DNA of 64,000 nucleotides. It comes from Lobosporangium transversale (lineage: Eukaryota). Position 1 is the stretch's first letter. Every line of letters starts with the position of its first letter. Of the stretch, positions 14,320 to 27,600 are shown one piece after another. Under the pieces are notes generated by a model. That model worked only from the letters and a program-made list of their open reading frames with translations, made no database searches and was not told the origin of the DNA. A program made the translations under genes and the position numbers. The stretch covers positions 496,001 through 560,000 of the forward strand of contig NW_019029000.1 in the NCBI RefSeq assembly GCF_002105155.1. Direction: 5' to 3'.

Positions 14320-17074
14320 GAAAAGCCTGCTGCATTTGAACAGAAACTCTTGGGCTGAAGACTAGGCAATGCAACAATGGCAATCCTCCGCAGGCGTTCA
14401 AATAGACTGACTCTGATGATCAGGTCCTCAATCAGTGCTGAGGACTGATCCCGTTTAATGAAGAGATTCAATATAACCCTCAGGGTTGAAGCACAGATCT
14501 CTTGCATGCAACAGGAAGTGGCCTGCTCACATACTGTATGTAACAAAGGAGAAAAGAAAACCCTCTGGATTGGATGCGATGAGTACTATCGACTTTACGA
14601 ATGACAGTTGCTGAATACAAAAAAAGAAAAAAAAAGACTCTTTATTTCCAGACATTGTTACTATATGGATGAATAGTTTACGTGTTTGATTCTAGGGATA
14701 AATAAACACAAACGAGGAAATTGAATTGTCCAAAAGAGAAAAAGGAAAAATCAGACAGGCATTCCAAGATATTAAAAGAGATAAGAGGGGACATTGCATT
14801 AGACCAAATCCCATCTAATCACTAATCAGGTCATTTTTTTGCTCTCAAACATAAACATCAGATGGGTGACAAAAGTGACGAACTAACCTGCCAACCTGAT
14901 CGTGCAAGAAGAAAAGAAAAAATAATTCCGTGTGCATTTTTTCTAAATTTGGGTTCAAAGTCGAATAATTCGTGCGTCTCTTGGCGCCAAAATTTCATTC
15001 ACCTTTTTTTTAAAAAAAACCACCCTTGTTCTTGACGATAGTTTCTTTTTTGTATACATTTTATTTTTTCTTGACGTCCTGCCATTTTCCAAGATAGCAT
15101 GTGCGCAGCAACATTAATAATACAAGGAAAGGGAAGATAGGCAAGAGACCAAGAACCAATCTTGATCTACCTTGTTTATCTTCTTCCCCTTAGTGGGGGT
15201 TTGGGAGATCGGGACCTCAAGAGTCCATGATATAGATTTAGGGTACTGCGTATACGTGTTGTTTTTATTTGTTCATTCATTCATTTTTCCTTACCCACCA
15301 ATGATGAGGATTGCATACATTCGGATACTGCGTTAAATTATCAGCCCCACTGAAATATCTTTTTTGTCATTCGCCCTTTTTACTATTTTTAATTGAGCGT
15401 TTGTTTTTCTCTTTTTTTCTTTGTGGAGATGATTGCATGTGGTATAGTACATATTTTTACAAAGCATAGAGTCTATAGTGTCGTTTTGGAAACTGAACAA
15501 CTTTGGAAAAAAAAAAAAAAAAAAAAAAAAAAAGGAAAAGAATGGAGATTATTGGTTATTAGAAAGCTCATGAATGTCGCGTCATTTTAGATGATGGATG
15601 TGCGTGTGTGTGTGTGATTTTTTTTTTGTAAAGGAAAGCGAGGCTTTTCTATCCTGTTCGTTTTTTTGCCTCAACTTTTGCTTGCATAGGGTTTATTTGC
15701 TTATTTTAATCTGCATACCATACAAGAGATGTTGCGCATTAATTATTATTCTCATCATGTTTGAATCATTAAAAAAAAAAAAAAAAAAAAAAAAAGGCTC
15801 CTAGTTTTTTTGTTGATGTTGTTGTAAATCCAGGTTGATTGAGATTGATACGGTGCATTGGATACGTAAAAAAAAAGGGACAGATTAATACAAACAAACG
15901 CAGCACAGGAACAAAGGTGAGGGGGGGAAGCAAGGAACCAAAAAAAATAAAAGGCAAAGCTAGAATGGTCTAGTCTAGAAAACCAAAAAGATGGTTTTAC
16001 TACGCGTACAAGAGAGTAACGATTGGTTTGGTTTTCGTAAATGCATGTGCAATAACGAATGGGGGGACTCTTAAAAGACTGATTAAATCAAATGAATCAA
16101 ATGATCAAGGGTTGGTTATACGTATATCGCGTGTGCAAGGGTAAGAAAGTATGAAGAGAGATGAAGTATTTTTATTTATTTATTTATTTTATTTGTTTAT
16201 TTGTTATTATTTTTTTTTATGCTTTTTTTGAGAGCATCCTCCTGCAAAAGTGCAAATGTGCAAGTCGTTTTTCCCTTGGCTTCTCCTTTTCATCTCAACG
16301 AGACTTCATTCCATTCCCATTTGGTTCCATTAACCTTTTTACTTTTCTACTTTTTACTTTCTGCTTCCTTTTCTTCCTCTACTTCTCTCTTTTCCTCTTC
16401 TTCTTCTCCTTCTTCTCCTTTATCGCTTTTGAAAAGATAGAAAAGCCCTTAGTCTGCTTTGACTCTCTCGTTTGACTCTTTTCCCTTTACCTTCTACCCT
16501 TTCTTCTTCACAGGATCTCTTGTCTTTCCTCCTGGACAGACATCGCTCCTCTTTCCCTCTCCCTTCCCAACAATCATAACTTTAGCTCCTATTCCACATC
16601 TTTTTTTTTCTTTCTTTCTTTCTTGTCTTGTCTTTTCTTTTATTTTTATTTTGATCTCTCCTTGACTTTACTCGTATCCCGTCAATACCTACTCCTCCTC
16701 CTCCTCTTCTTTTCTACTTTCTTTCTCTTTCTCTCTCTCTCTCTCTCTCTTTTTTTTTTCCTTCTCTCTTTTTTCATTTTTATTTTTATACATACAAACA
16801 CGCACTTTTATCTTTTTTTCCCCTCTATCCCTTTCTTCCTTTCTTCCTCTCTTCCTTACAACAGCGTCAACACGTTTTGACCCCGATCTATTCATTTAAA
16901 CTACTGTTACTTTTACTATTACTACAAATACCACAACTACTACTACTACCTACTACACTACTACTACTACTATTATAATTATTATTACTATTACTACCAT
17001 TTCAACCATCTCTTACAGCTTCACTACCACGCAATTATCGCGTTTATTTTAATAACACATAAAGAACTGACAAT

Positions 17075-17681
17075 ATGGTAAGATCTCTTCCCCAAATCTT
17101 CTTATCTACTCACCTCCGATACTCAATTGATTAGATTCTATAAATCTAAGAGCTTGAAAAATGATCTTCCAACAGAAAAGAAAAAAAAGAAAGAAAGAAA
17201 ACTTCAACTCGTGCTTTTCTCATTCATCTGACTCACACGCAGAGAGAGAGAGACTTTCTCAGAACAAAGGACTTTTTTTATTATTATTATTTCTCCTTTT
17301 TAAAGCTTACCATGGTATAAAAAAAAAAAAAAAAAAAAAAAAAAAGAGTTCTTTCTCAGAATCTTGGACAACAGAGGATGACAACTATCGGAGAGAGAAT
17401 TTCCACATTTTTAAAAAAGCTGATGACCAGAAATAGGCTTGTGGAATGAAGAAAAAAAAAAAAAAAAAAAAAAAGACAGTTCATGTACTGTTCCTGTACC
17501 TGATGCATGATTGCATTGCACAGAATAGTTGCATTTGCCTGTGTATCAGGTATGGGTCCACTCAAGGAGAGCAGCAAACAAAGAGGATGTACTTTCCCCC
17601 GGATATTCGGTGTCTTTTTTTGGGATCATGAGAGAACTAGAAAGCAGACAAGGGCTTGAAGTTCGTAAATCTCTTTGATCT

Positions 17682-17715
<34 letters not shown>

Positions 17716-18922
17716 ACTTTGCCTGACCTCCAAATTCTGGAACTAGGAGAATAAAACATTATAATAACGATATACTCGGCGCTCAAAATTTGATGTAGCC
17801 CGATCCTTCCTGGCATGGCACTCTACTCTTTTACAATGAAATATGTCAGCAAATGTGAAAGGAGTGTTATCTAAAAGCGATAGTGCGAGAAAAGGTTGGG
17901 TGCCCCAACCGCCAGGGGCAACCAGTAACATCAAAATAGAGTGATCCAATTGAATGTGGGAACAACTAATACTTGGCCACTCACGTATTATCAGAAAACA
18001 TTATCCTTAAGCAACATCCAACCAAGTCGATCATTGACTGTCTCTCTTTTAAGCCAACGTCTTTATTGATCAAGCGTATTTGCTTTTTTGGATGTAATTC
18101 GTTTAGGGGTCCTGTGTCTCAACTTCCCCAGAAGAAACTCAAAGTAGAAAGATCGACAACGCACTCAGGGCTGATGCACGAGCACGCAAGTTGGAGGTCA
18201 AACTACTGTTACTCGGTAGGTGTTTACTATATTGAAGCTATTCAACATAGTACTATCAATTGGTTTTTCATTTATGATCTTTTTTCTTTCTGTTGTAGAT
18301 TTATGAAATAGGAGAGGTGGATGGGGTACATGTAATGCACTTTTTGCGCTTTTTTTTTTTTTTTTTTTTTTTTTTTTCCTGTGAATGTGAGCCTATTTCT
18401 CAGTTGTTGAGAAAAGAACCATAAAAAAAACTATAGCCATGTGTGGCAGGACAGGCAAAAAAAAACAAAAGCTTTGGAGTTCTTAATTGCTTGGTTAATT
18501 CAATTCATGCAAAGAAATGTGTCTGGACTTGGCTAAAAACAGGTTTTTTTCAAACAATGACGCAAAAGGGATTGAACAAAGAGGGTGAATACAGAAATCA
18601 TGGGAGCATATTGGGAAATTGTACAACTTTGCAAAGTAGACGCCGTTGTAGTGGTATCCAAAATGGATCACAATAGAATTATAAAAGCATCGCCCAATGT
18701 ACATGTATATTTGATCAGTACACATTCGGAGGGCGCAGCCATTGCAGCCCTCGCCCTTGTTTTCTTGTTTTGTCATCTTTTTTTTTTTTTTTTTTTTTTG
18801 TCCTCCGCTTTGAGTCTACAACAAGGAGTTTTTTTGTTGCCTTGATCTTACTTCAATAAAGCGTGGCAACCACGTGTTGTATCATCTTTCGCGTAGCACA
18901 ATTATAGACGCCGTGTGTAACT

Positions 18923-18961
<39 letters not shown>

Positions 18962-20499
18962 CATTAAGCGCGTTTTGAATATCTAAACTGACCAATAATG
19001 TTTTGCCTTTCATGATAGGTGCTGGAGAAGCAGGAAAGACAACCATTATCAAACAGATGAAACTGTTGCATGCATCAGGTTTCTCCATCCCAGAACGAGA
19101 AACATTCCGTGGATTTGTGTTTTCAAACATGGTCATGGCTATGCAAGCCATTCTCAGTGCCATGGAAGATCACGGGATTGCATTAACAAATCCTGAAAAT
19201 GCTGTAAGTATAGAGACAATGTAGAACTTTGAATATATATATATATTTTAGAAAAAAAAAAAATATATTCATAAAAGTATTTTCGACATATTTTCAATAA
19301 TTTAGGTATACGTACCAGTCTTTGCAACTATGCCAAGAGTTGCAAGTGGACAACCTTATCCACCACAATTCCGACAAGCACTCAAGGCACTTTGGAGTGA
19401 TCCAGCAGTACAACAAGTCTATCATCTTGGGCACACATATGCGTTGGCTGATAATGTACAATAGTAAGTTTTAGCTTTTTATTTTTATTTTTATTTTTTT
19501 TATTTCAATTTATTCGACGAAAAATACTTTGAAATGTATGAACCTCATCAAGATCTCTAACTCGTAATTCCCATGCAATGTAGCTTCTTTGACTCTGTAG
19601 ATCGCTTATATAAACCCGATTATATGCCAGATGATGCAGATATTCTTCGATGTAGAGTCAAGTCAACGGGTATTACTGAAACAACTTTTCATATTGGAGC
19701 ACTGACGTACAGGTACTTTTTTATTTATATTAGTTTTTGCATGGCTGTATCGATTGATGACTATTGCTAATTATTATAAAAGAATGAATTTTAACATTAT
19801 GGTATACTTTTTTTATTATAAATATCTATTTAGGATGTTTGATGTTGGCGGACAAAGATCAGAGCGTAAAAAATGGATCCATTGTTTTGAGGGCGTCACC
19901 GCAGTATTATTCCTGGTTGCTATCAGTGGATACGATCAATGTCTCGTAGAAGATAAAGATGCTGTAAGTTTAAAAAAAAAAAACTTTTTTATATGCAATT
20001 GCACTCTATTTCTAACTTGGCATTATTATTTATCCTCATAATAGAATCAAATGGAGGAGGCCCTGATGCTTTTCGATCAGATTTGCAACTCACAATGGTT
20101 TGTGGATACGTCTATGATCCTATTCATGAATAAGACAGATATTTTCCGGAATAAGATCAAGTACTCAAGCATTAGGGATTATTTTCCAGATTACGATGGT
20201 AATTATTATTTATTGTTTTTTAATTCATAAAATAATAACCATAATCATAGTAATCCTAAAAAGTGTTTTTAATTAACCCTTCGTCTTTTTTTAATTTTTT
20301 TTTTTATTTAGGCGAAGAAGGAAACTATGAAGACGCCACCGAATTCTTCCAAGGGCGGTTTTTGCGTTTAAACAGGAGTGAGCATAAAGAAGTTTATTGT
20401 CATTACACAGATGCGACTGATACCAATCTATTGAGGAACATCATGGCCAGTGTCAATGATATTATCTTGGCACGGAACGTTAGAGCTCTTGTACTTTAA
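17075..20499 (+). CDS. Heterotrimeric G-protein alpha subunit; ATG-only first coding exon 17075-17077, then 18107-18215, 19019-19203 and five further exons to 20499
   Basis: Spliced N-terminus M|GSCVS...[22 protein letters not shown]; motifs [30 protein letters not shown] and TDATDT. Confidence 0.93.
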
Positions 20500-20681
20500 G
20501 CGAATGAGAGAGAAGAAGAAAAAAAACACTACATGTTAAAAAGCATCATAATAAAAAATTCTGCATAGAACCGCTTTCATATTTTTCTTTCTTTCTTTTT
20601 GACCATACTCATTTCTACATATCCGTATTCATGCACATTTTTTTATTTTACTAATAATGAACAAATTAAGTCAAGATGCGA

Positions 20682-20713
<32 letters not shown>

Positions 20714-20833
20714 GCAAGAATGAAACTAGATTTGTTAAGAATAAAAGGGTATGAAAGTAGGGGAGCAGGGAAATCAATAACACAAAAACGGAAGATGAAA
20801 ATCTAAATCTCTTCTGGTATCACAATCGACAAA

Positions 20834-21911
20834 TCATTTTTTGGGTGTTGAGTCTGGTCTCGCTGGCGCTATTGACTCGGCTCCAGACCCAGAACCAGGG
20901 CTAGGACCAGAGGCAAGACCAGGACCAGGACCAGGACCAGAGTCAGAAGCAGAGGTGGAGGTTGAAGTCCCATCATCATCATCATCAAGCGCAGTGTTTT
21001 CTTTTTTACAAGGTAAATATGGAGAATTTGCAGCTGTGGAAGAGGACGATCCTCCTAATGATAATGGATCATCATTAACAATGACCACACCATCACGACC
21101 TTGTTTCTCATCATCTCTGTTTTCTAACGTGGTTGCTTCTTCTGGTGTTCCTGGCTTCGTTGCTGTTTCTGTTGTTCCTGCGGCTGTTGCTGTTGCTGTT
21201 ATTGTTGTCTCTGATCCTGTTTCTGTTATACTCATTGTTACTCCGATGGGTGCTCCAGGTGATAAAGGGTTTGGTGGTATAGTAGGCGTCGCACCTTCAA
21301 TGCCATTGCCATTGTTATTGCCATTTCCATTAGCATTACCATTGACTGAAGATTGATTTAATGGAGATGAAGGTTCGTAAGCAGGGGGTAAAGGGCTTCC
21401 ACTCCTTGGTATTGTTGCTGCTCCTGCTACTGCTGCTGTCGGTGTCGTTGTTGTTGTCGTCGTCGTTGTTGCAGCAGCAGCAGCAGCAATGGCAGCAGAT
21501 AAAGCTGCTGCTTCAGCTTGTTGTGATGTCAATGGTGGAGGATCGGATGAAGGTGGCGCATACAACGCCCCTCCTGTTGGTAATGATACAGGTGAAGGAC
21601 CGTGACCATGATGATTTAAAGCGGTGTTGAGTTGAGGATGTGTCATGGGAAACGGATAACTATGTTGAACAGGCCGACTTGAATATGCAGCACCCGAATC
21701 TGTATATGGATGTGATGATGATGAGATTGGTGGTGGTGGTGTAGGCGGTGGACCATATGGGCTGTTGGGCGTCAATGGTGGTGGTGGTTGAGTCGGAAAT
21801 GCATACATCCCAATTTCCTCCGCTGCTGGTCCCACAATTCTTTCATCCCTTCGATGTTGTCCATACGCAGGTAATTCCCCATTATCAGTCCCATCTATAC
21901 TCCGCAAAGGG

Positions 21912-21944
<33 letters not shown>

Positions 21945-22921
21945 AAATAGATGTGCCTCTTCCTCAATTTTTTTTTTTTTCTTGTCTCCAAATCTTGTTC
22001 CTTAATTTTACCTGATGGTCGATAGACTCCTCCTCCTCCTTGACGCAAGTAGGCATCTGAATCATTTTCATTATAGTAAGCGCTATCATCTCCGTTAAGA
22101 TCCGTGGCCTGTTGACGTTGTTGTTCCCGTTGACGATGTTTTGCTCGACGATACCAGAGATACAAGATGACCAATAAGAACAACAGCAAGGTTGACAACA
22201 GATAAGTCCTTGCAGTTCTTTGGACCTCCTTGGAGCCTTGATTGGGATCGACTCGTCCTCTGCCCGCATTGACATTTTTACAGAATCCTAAAGGTCCAGT
22301 GGTGGCATTTGGGCTGTTGGAACCTTGAAGGATACATCGAGTCTGATCATTCTCATACGTTCCATCTGAGTTAACATGCCAACCTATACACATATTAGAG
22401 GCCTGACAGACTTCATTCTCTGGTTTCAACATTTGACAGGTACCAGGTAATTGACCAGGGACGTCGATAGGTTGACCTCGATAAAGAATCGGCTTAACCG
22501 CCGTCGGTACAGAGGGCTGACAATAGAAATTCTCTGCACAATTGCCTCGGAATTGAACCAGAGTGGATGAATAATCTTGATCAAAGTTGGTGAAGATACC
22601 TCCAAGATCCCATTGAGCAATAAGGCCCACGAGTTTGACAAAGAGTTGATTGGGAGGTACTGGAATGGTTGTACAGTTGGCTCCTTGGGTTTGGTTGACT
22701 AGAGAGCCTGTATAACGAACGGAAGGATAGGAGTTGACGAGGTACCATCCAGGAGGATCGACTATAGTGGGATTGGCTCCTGTGGGAGGATAGGCTTCAG
22801 GGATGGTGTAGGGTTGACAAAGAGTGCCTCCAGTATAGAGGAAACAGGCTTGACCACTAGGACAACCGTTTCTGCCACAGTGGTCAAGGTTGTCCGTGGG
22901 TGGAGGATTGAAATTCGACAT
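20834..22921 (-). CDS. Single-pass membrane protein with Cys-rich N-terminal domain and Pro-rich tail carrying PY motifs; probable intron 21895-22011
   Basis: 695-aa ORF with about 10 Cys in the N-terminal domain, TM helix YLLSTLLLFLLVILYLWY followed by RRAKHR, and LPAY and PPAY motifs. The segment encoding poly-K/poly-F is bounded by GT...AG. Confidence 0.8.
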
Positions 22922-23869
22922 GAAGTTGTGAACCTATTGTGGTGCCTATAATGAATGTCTCTATCAAGTGAGTATGGTTGACTGGTGAGGGGGAAAGGAA
23001 AGGAGCGAGAAAGTGTATGTGAGGGAGTTTGAGGAGATGATTTGAGAGTATAGCTATGAATAAACAAAAAAAAAAAAAAAAAAAAAAAAAAGTTTGAATG
23101 GGATGGAAAGATGGATGAGGGGATAAATTAGCAATGCATTGCATTGCAATGCCGATAGAAAAAGGAGAGAAGGATGAATGAGAAGGAATAACAAGTGAAG
23201 AGAAAGTATAAGAGTTAGTGTAAGTGAGAGGAAAGAGAGAAAGGAAGGGAAAGATTGAAAAATGAGAGATTCTCTGGGAATGCTTAATTGTATATCCATT
23301 TCAACGTTGTTTTTCAATTAAAGTCTGAACAGATGGATACATCTCTCCAAAACTGGTACCGTTCACAGCATGTGGCATATTTACAAATGCCACTTTTCTA
23401 CAGCAATATCATGGCTCATCTTTTTTGTTTTTTTTTTTTTTTTTTGCTCATGTTGCATGCGCACTGCGACAGAAAAACTCCAAGGCCAGCCAGAAGAACC
23501 GTTGAAGAATTTAAAGAGCCTGGATTGAAGAAAAATGCCTCTTCTTTTCTCCCATCAGCCAAAGACCATGATTGCCTGTTTCCCTACATCAATGTTTTTT
23601 GGAGTTTTTGTTTAAAATTTCCATGGATCATTCCATCGTTCGATCTCGATCCCCCCCTCTCTCCCCCTGTTCATTTAAATCCGGTGCAACTTGGTGGCTC
23701 TCATGGGGGAGCGAAAAATCATTTATTTCCTTAATACTTTCTCGCCAATAAGAACGAAGAACTATTTCCTTCACAACTCTTGGAGGGAGTTTTTTTTCTA
23801 TCCAGAGAAAAAGGTCTATGAGAAATGTCCTATACTGAAGGTATTTAATGAAGAGGCGTCAAGACAATA

Positions 23870-23904
<35 letters not shown>

Positions 23905-23999
23905 GAGGAGACCACAGATCACCTCTACTGATGAGAGAGAGATACGACCCGACTTTGAAAATGCGATTCTCTGCAGTAAGTGTCCATTGTGCTCACACC

Positions 24000-26900
24000 G
24001 CTGCAAGGAGCCCTTCAAAACGACCACAGTGTTGAAGAAATGTTGACGATTTTCAAAATGTATTAACTGAGGCATGAAGGTCCAATTTAATAAATCAATT
24101 AACCCAGCATTAATACCATTCGCCTGACGCTGAGGTATAGAAACTGTCGCACTAGACAAACCAGTGCCCATGGGATTTAGTAACTCTAGGCGCCAAGAAA
24201 GGTGTACTGAAAGAACTTACCTCCAGCTGTAATGACCTGATGACATCAACTTCAAGACCCAGGAGAACTAGCATTTTCTACAAGTTGGGTAACGCACCTG
24301 GGAATGTGGTTTATATATTTTGCTGCAACATATCGTTTGTTGATGTGTCTTCCAACTCCCAGCACAGCTTCACCAACATTGGTTTTTTGTCTGTCTTACT
24401 AGACGAGCTTGATTGCTCATGTACTCACTCGACGCCTTTCGCACTATCGAGCAAGCCAACTGCTTCTTCAACAAGAAAACCCCACATATTCCATCAGTAA
24501 TCATAAGGAGTTGCGTCATGACATGTAATCAGGTTCAGAATCAGACTCTTTACCCCGCATTTTGTCACCATCCCAGCCTCGGAGCCTTTTATCAACCGTA
24601 GGTTGAGCGTATATCAAGTCCAAGTACTTTCCGCCAGGGCAGAGCTTCGTCCGGATAAACACAGCGTAGAGCTGGTCGGAGGTCCGCAGCACAAAGGCGA
24701 TATCTGGTCCCGAACGAAACAGATTTGGGTAGTAAAAGACGCTGCCACGGAGCCGTCCTTTCAGGAGCCATGCTTGCAGTGCACCTCTAAAAAATCCTCT
24801 ATGGTTAGACTCTCCTTGTATTGAACTCCCCATTCATAACCTTCCCCATCCGACGATTGGTACTGAGTGCTCAAACAAACGTCTGGGAAAAGTAACAGGC
24901 TCAAATTTAGAGATTTCGCCCTTGAGTTTTGTCGTGCGCTGGTGCTGGACGGGCGTGGGAATCGAGAACAACCCTTGCTTTAGCTTTTTGTTGTGGAACG
25001 CATAGAACAGATCTAAGGGTGCGTGCCGCTCAAAGATCTTTCCTTCAAGTCTCGATAATGATTGTTGAATTGTTTAAAGAATCCTTTGTCCTCGTTCTGG
25101 ACAAAGTTGTAGGCAGCCCGGAATACGAAAGGCTCATTAAATATCGTGATCTTGTTTAAACAAAACGTGATCTCTTTACCCAAAATGGTAAAAGTCGCTA
25201 GACGGGCAAAGGAGTAGAGGCAAGTGAATAGTGGACATAGTACATCGTGATGATATAGCTTGATATATGGTTTTTGCTGATTTCTTTTGCTGATTGGTTT
25301 TCACTGATTTCTTTTCCTTCCTTGGCATGCAATAGGCGGTTGTTTTCTGCTAGTAGAAAGCATAGAGAACTGGATCTGGCCTGTCCATGAGTTGATGAAA
25401 GCTAAACGGACGGGCGAATTTGCCCGTTTTACGATCCAAGGGATTTATCTGCCTGATGGTTCTCGCCAGAGTATATTTTATACAATTTTGGTCCTGTAAC
25501 ATAACTTCGTCACTTGCTGCACAGCCTAAATGAGAGCTATTATAGTCAAAGTCCATTGCTTTGGATGGGATACATCGGATTGTTCAAGTGAGGACTCAAG
25601 AGATGGCATCGTTCGGATTTATTCTTAAAAGTTGGCAGGCAACAGGCGACTCAGCCATAGGGACAGCATTTGGGGCCTATTCTAGCAAGCCATGGCAATC
25701 TTTGTGGGGGTTGTCAATTAAACGTGCTGATTAACGGTTTAAATCCCAATACTGCTTCAGCAACGTAGTCAGTGCTGAAATGCCCACTGAATTCAAAGCC
25801 TTTAGTGTTGTCTGCGAGAGCAGGCCACATTTGCCTTTCAGTACGTGCATGTGAACATGAACTTCTTCCTCAGGCTGGTGATGAGCCTAAGGAAACGCGA
25901 CAAAATAAAGTTTTTCCACGACTAGATACGGGTCACTATAATATCCGCGTATTCTTGCCAGCAATGGTTTTCACTGGTGAGTCTCTCACCATGATGTATT
26001 TTTTTATTTTTATTTTATTTTATTTTATTTTTTTTCAATGTAGTGCACCACCATCACTCAGAAATTCCTCTCCGTCGATAGTTTCTGGGATGGTGTACCG
26101 GTGGCGCACGAGGAAAGTTTTGTAATAAGGTACACCATACCGCTCCTTATAGATCAACAATGCATTGCACCACTCAAGTCCATTAGTGAAAAAAATATGA
26201 GCGTTAGTATGCTGGTGTAAACCACTGCTTGCTAGGGAGATCACCGGCCCACTGTTGGCATGACGGGGAGGTCAGTTGGGATGATAGGAAGACTGAGTAA
26301 TCCATTGAGCGCCTCCAGATAAACGAAGACATGACGATATACTCGAGTCTCTTTGTCTCGAATTGTGGCAAGTAAAGAGAAGAGAAACATTCCATCCAAT
26401 GTCCCCAACGGCTCGCCTACTGGACAACAAGAACTCACACGTAGTAGACTAACGAGTAACTGCCAAGGCATTATGGCGTAAAGTTCATCTTATGGTCTCT
26501 AGTAGCCTGGACTATCCCCAATTTATGGCGGATCCATATCTGGTATGTCCAGTCATAATTTGTTGAGAGAGCGTCGGCTCCCAGAAGGAATTCAATAAAT
26601 CGTGGGGTGAGCGCTATGTCATATTAAGTAGCTTTGAAATGGGACTGTACCCGAGCATGATCACATAACTCCCTTTCTCTTGAATACTTTGCTGGGGTGA
26701 ACGCCTTGTGATTAGACTTCTTTCCGAAGCATCGACCATAAACTTGTCATAAAACATGGCCCTTACTGCATCATGCTAAAAGCGTGCAGGGGAATAAAAT
26801 AAAAATAAGAAGCACAATTTGCTAACCTGCAACCTACAATTTGTTATTCCATCAGGAGCTTAAGACATATCATGCTAGCAGCACTTTGCCAAAGATGTGA

Positions 26901-27600
26901 ATGAAGCCCCTGGCGCTTTTTTTTTTTTTTTTTGGAAAGGATGAACTAATCTTTTTTTTTTTTAGTTTACTAAGCTACCTTTACTGAACCACCAGGAATG
27001 ACTACGAGGACGGATTTGTTCCATGCAAGCATGCAAGGTGGTCGAACCCTGACTCATTCGGTGTTTTTGTGATGGCCAATAGTTTGACTGGAAACGATGT
27101 CCACTGGTAAGGCCATCGACTTTTCTTTCGCAACACAAGGAGAGGATTAGCTCCGATGAGGTAGAAGTAGCGAGAGCTAGCTTGAGATCGATGTGGATTC
27201 TGCTCTTTTGGCTTTATCTTTCTTACCCCTGATGAAAATAGTTGTGTGATTATAACAATTATAATGCAAGATTAAGTCACGGATGTCTACTGCTTGGATT
27301 TTATCACGCAGAAAGACAAGAACCTCTTGACTAAGTTCTTCTTGGTCATCCCATCACGAGAGTCAAGGTAAAATGACATACATGCTGCTATCTATGATCC
27401 TGAAACAGATGGAAAAGGCAGAGGCGGAAACACTGATCTATCTCATCCCTTTTTTTTCTTGACTTAGATATAGGGCAGAGAGTTGTCAACGGATTGATTG
27501 CGATCTCGGGAGTCTCGGTAGAAAAAATGGCAGGCAAGGCTGTGGGCGGAACAGGGATCACTGGAGTTTTCACACGATAACGTAGCCCACCAACTGCCCC
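24000..27600 (-). pseudogene. Decayed Crinkler-type (NTPase/REase-fold) gene; limits approximate, best supported at 24500-25150
   Basis: Fragments in shifting frames: INEPFVFRAAYNFVQNEDKGFFKQF, LTIEDFLEVHCKHGS*KDG and FYYPNLFRSGPDIAFVLR...YAVFIRTKL (a GPD...xK nuclease-like motif). Many stops and frameshifts. Confidence 0.6.
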
